Part shown: in pieces, positions 62,008 to 64,000 of the stretch
Position numbering within the stretch: position 1 is the first letter of the stretch
Layout of the letters: every line of letters starts with the position of its first letter
Origin: Candidatus Omnitrophota bacterium
GTDB lineage: Bacteria > Ratteibacteria > UBA8468 > B48-G9 > JAFGKM01
Length of the DNA: 64,000 bases
Assembly (NCBI GenBank): GCA_023819375.1
Contig: JAMWDI010000004.1
Span: 130,190-194,189 of the forward strand
Direction: 5' to 3'
Program-made: the position numbers and the translations under genes
The notes under the pieces: generated by a model
What the model was told of the DNA's origin: nothing
Seen by the model: the letters and a program-made list of their open reading frames with translations, nothing else
The model's database searches: none

Positions 62008-63996
62008 TTAATTAAAATCAAGAGTTGCTTTTTCATACAGATTTGCTTTTTTTCTCATTTCTATTGTTTTTATCAGTCCTGCTTCTTTTAATCTGCCATA
62101 TGGAAGATAGCCATGAAAAATATATTTATTTTCAAGTAATTTCAATAATTCAAGTATAAATTTTTCTCTTTCTTCTGGACTTTTACCTGAAATAATTAAT
62201 GAATTCTCTTTTATATATATACCAGTTTTACCAAAATCACCTATCAAGATACCTTTATCTGTCTTAAATTCTTTTTTTCTTATTATTGGCATATTTATCT
62301 CATATCTTTTATCAAGTGCTTCACTATACCAAACCCTAAAAAATGCATATATTCTTTTCCCTGCTCTTTCATCAATAAAATCATAATTATCTGGAATAAC
62401 TATAGGTAAACCATTTAGATTTTCATCAATATATTTAAAATTGATAATTTCAGCCTTTGATGATAAAAAAATTTCTGATTGGAATTCAATTTTTATATTT
62501 AAATTTTTAGTTTTTGGCAAAAGGAATCTTCCTGTTTTTTTATCAACTATTTCAAATTTGGTTGGCTTTTCATTTATAACTACATTTTCTACTTTATGAT
62601 TGTCAGGGATTAGAAATTCACAGATAATATTTTCAGGTAACTTTTCAAAATTTAAATAACCACTTATTTGTTTTCCATAATCTTTTTCTTCCATTTTAAA
62701 ACTACCTTTACCTTTATTTTCTTTTAAATCTTTAATCTTCATAATTACAAGAAATATATCTGCATCCCACCTTTTTAATTCATAAGAAAATTCTGAAAAA
62801 TCTTTATTGAAATTTAATTCAACCGGTAAACCAAAATATTCACAGATTAAGAAAACACCATCGCCAAATATATTATTTTCAATTTTAAATTTAAATCTTT
62901 TCTTTTCTGGATAAGTATTTCCAATAGATAAAATACTTCCAATACCATCTCCAAATCTTGAACATATTACCATTTCATCTTCACATCTTAATCCAGAAAT
63001 AGGTCTATATCCTGATAAGTTTTCTTTTTCTGGTATGTCAGATACTTTAATCATTTCAGGAACTCCCATAACATCATCAACACTAAAAGTAGTGCCAAAA
63101 CATAAAGCACCAATCTTTGTAAAACCAAACATCTTTCTATAAATATCTCTTAAAAATTCAGATGAAAATTTCTCAATATCAATCCTATAAGGAACTTGTC
63201 TATCTCCCCAGTGTGTGCAATGTAAACTTATTGGTTTTGTTCCAAGTCTTATTCTGTTTATAAATTGTGCATAAATTGGGTTATCTACATTCCCCCCAAA
63301 TGAACCTCCTTCTAATAAAAATACATCTGTATTCATACATGTGGGCCATGTATTTGAAGCATCACTTGCTACTGCCAATCTGTATCCTCTTTTATCTTTT
63401 GGTAAATTCCTTATTGCGTTAAATAACTGAGAGATACCAATACCTTCATCTACATATAAACCTTTTTCGTCAAATGATAAACCTTCTGTCTTTGATAATA
63501 CTTTTTCACCTCTATATTTAAAGCCACCATTTCCTCTTATATTGTCCATACATATTGCTGATAAAGAAATTTCTTCTCTAATTTTTTCAAAATCCTTTAA
63601 AGTATCTTCCCCAAATTTTGTATACCACCAATACATTCTTGGTCCACCATTATTTCTTCCTAATGGGCCATAATTATAAATACAATGTGGTAAGCCCTCT
63701 TTTATATCTTCATCTTTATAGATTTTATTTGCAAGTTCTTCTTCACAGAAATTGCATAAATAAAATCCAACTGCACATCCAGAATTTATGACCTTACCTG
63801 CCCAAATATTTTTTCTCCAGTTGTGAAATTTATCATAATCTTCAAGATATTCCCAGTAAGGTGTCTTTTTCCATCCTTCTTCTTGTTTATATCCAGAAAA
63901 ATATTCTTTTTTACCATACCAATCCCCAAGGCGTTTATATCCTCCAAATTTCCAGTACCATCCTTGTCCAAATCTTCTAAATAATTCAAGTGACAA
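62008..63996 (-). CDS. Large hypothetical protein, possibly glycoside-hydrolase-like. The N-terminus may extend beyond the window.
   Basis: 662-aa ORF that reaches the window edge. No signal peptide in the visible N-terminus. Confidence 0.4.
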   Translation of the reverse strand: MSLELFRRFGQGWYWKFGGYKRLGDWYGKKEYFSGYKQEEGWKKTPYWEYLEDYDKFHNWRKNIWAGKVINSGCAVGFYLCNFCEEELANKIYKDEDIKEGLPHCIYNYGPLGRNNGGPRMYWWYTKFGEDTLKDFEKIREEISLSAICMDNIRGNGGFKYRGEKVLSKTEGLSFDEKGLYVDEGIGISQLFNAIRNLPKDKRGYRLAVASDASNTWPTCMNTDVFLLEGGSFGGNVDNPIYAQFINRIRLGTKPISLHCTHWGDRQVPYRIDIEKFSSEFLRDIYRKMFGFTKIGALCFGTTFSVDDVMGVPEMIKVSDIPEKENLSGYRPISGLRCEDEMVICSRFGDGIGSILSIGNTYPEKKRFKFKIENNIFGDGVFLICEYFGLPVELNFNKDFSEFSYELKRWDADIFLVIMKIKDLKENKGKGSFKMEEKDYGKQISGYLNFEKLPENIICEFLIPDNHKVENVVINEKPTKFEIVDKKTGRFLLPKTKNLNIKIEFQSEIFLSSKAEIINFKYIDENLNGLPIVIPDNYDFIDERAGKRIYAFFRVWYSEALDKRYEINMPIIRKKEFKTDKGILIGDFGKTGIYIKENSLIISGKSPEEREKFILELLKLLENKYIFHGYLPYGRLKEAGLIKTIEMRKKANLYEKATLDFN

Positions 63997-64000
63997 AATA

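Noticed and set aside
1-64000. CRISPR arrays, rRNA, IS elements or integrases
   Set aside because: I saw no regularly spaced direct repeats, no rRNA-like conserved stretches, and no transposase or integrase-like ORFs. The tRNA-Asn is not flanked by an integrase.

Overview
This is a strongly AT-rich, densely coded 64 kb window. Genes lie mostly on the minus strand at both ends and on the plus strand in the middle (about 16.0 to 35.0 kb). It contains at least eight prepilin-type genes with the class III signal peptide 'M(R/K)[14 protein letters not shown]'; most end in an 'H-x9-DG' C-terminal motif (DUF1559 type). That family is typical of PVC-group, Omnitrophota or Elusimicrobia-like uncultivated bacteria. 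I cannot assign the taxon from sequence alone.

Main blocks:
(1) queC (partial) and queE, then tRNA-Asn(GUU).
(2) A tightly packed minus-strand operon (13874 down to 4561). It is headed by an IclR regulator and encodes four proteins with five QueG/reductive-dehalogenase-like Fe-S domains, an FAD oxidoreductase, a Cys-rich U32-like protein and a DUF1284-like protein. A GH28 beta-helix hydrolase lies downstream.
(3) A thiol-disulfide TlpA-like lipoprotein, CcdA and a HAD hydrolase.
(4) A ParA-like ATPase and a ribbon-helix-helix protein fused onto a pilus operon: pilB-like, pilT, MshEN-type pilB-like, pilC. A cluster of pseudopilins follows, including one GspG-like, and then a secreted beta-helix protein.
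(5) Three glycan-utilisation-like cassettes. Each has a regulator (LacI or ROK) or starts directly, then a DUF1559 pseudopilin, a secreted LamG/CBM9/glycoside-hydrolase-like protein, and cytoplasmic sugar-processing enzymes (Gfo/Idh/MocA, xylose-isomerase-like TIM barrels, a DegT aminotransferase, a ceramidase-like protein, a GH63-like hydrolase, an amidohydrolase, an M24 peptidase, and MttB-like and UroD-like methyltransferase homologues).

I saw no CRISPR array, rRNA or recognisable mobile element. The most unusual content is the multi-paralog QueG/RdhA-like operon, the par-pil fusion locus with two PilB-type ATPases, and the recurrent pseudopilin-headed glycan cassettes. All product calls are from motif recognition by eye. 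None was checked by a database search.
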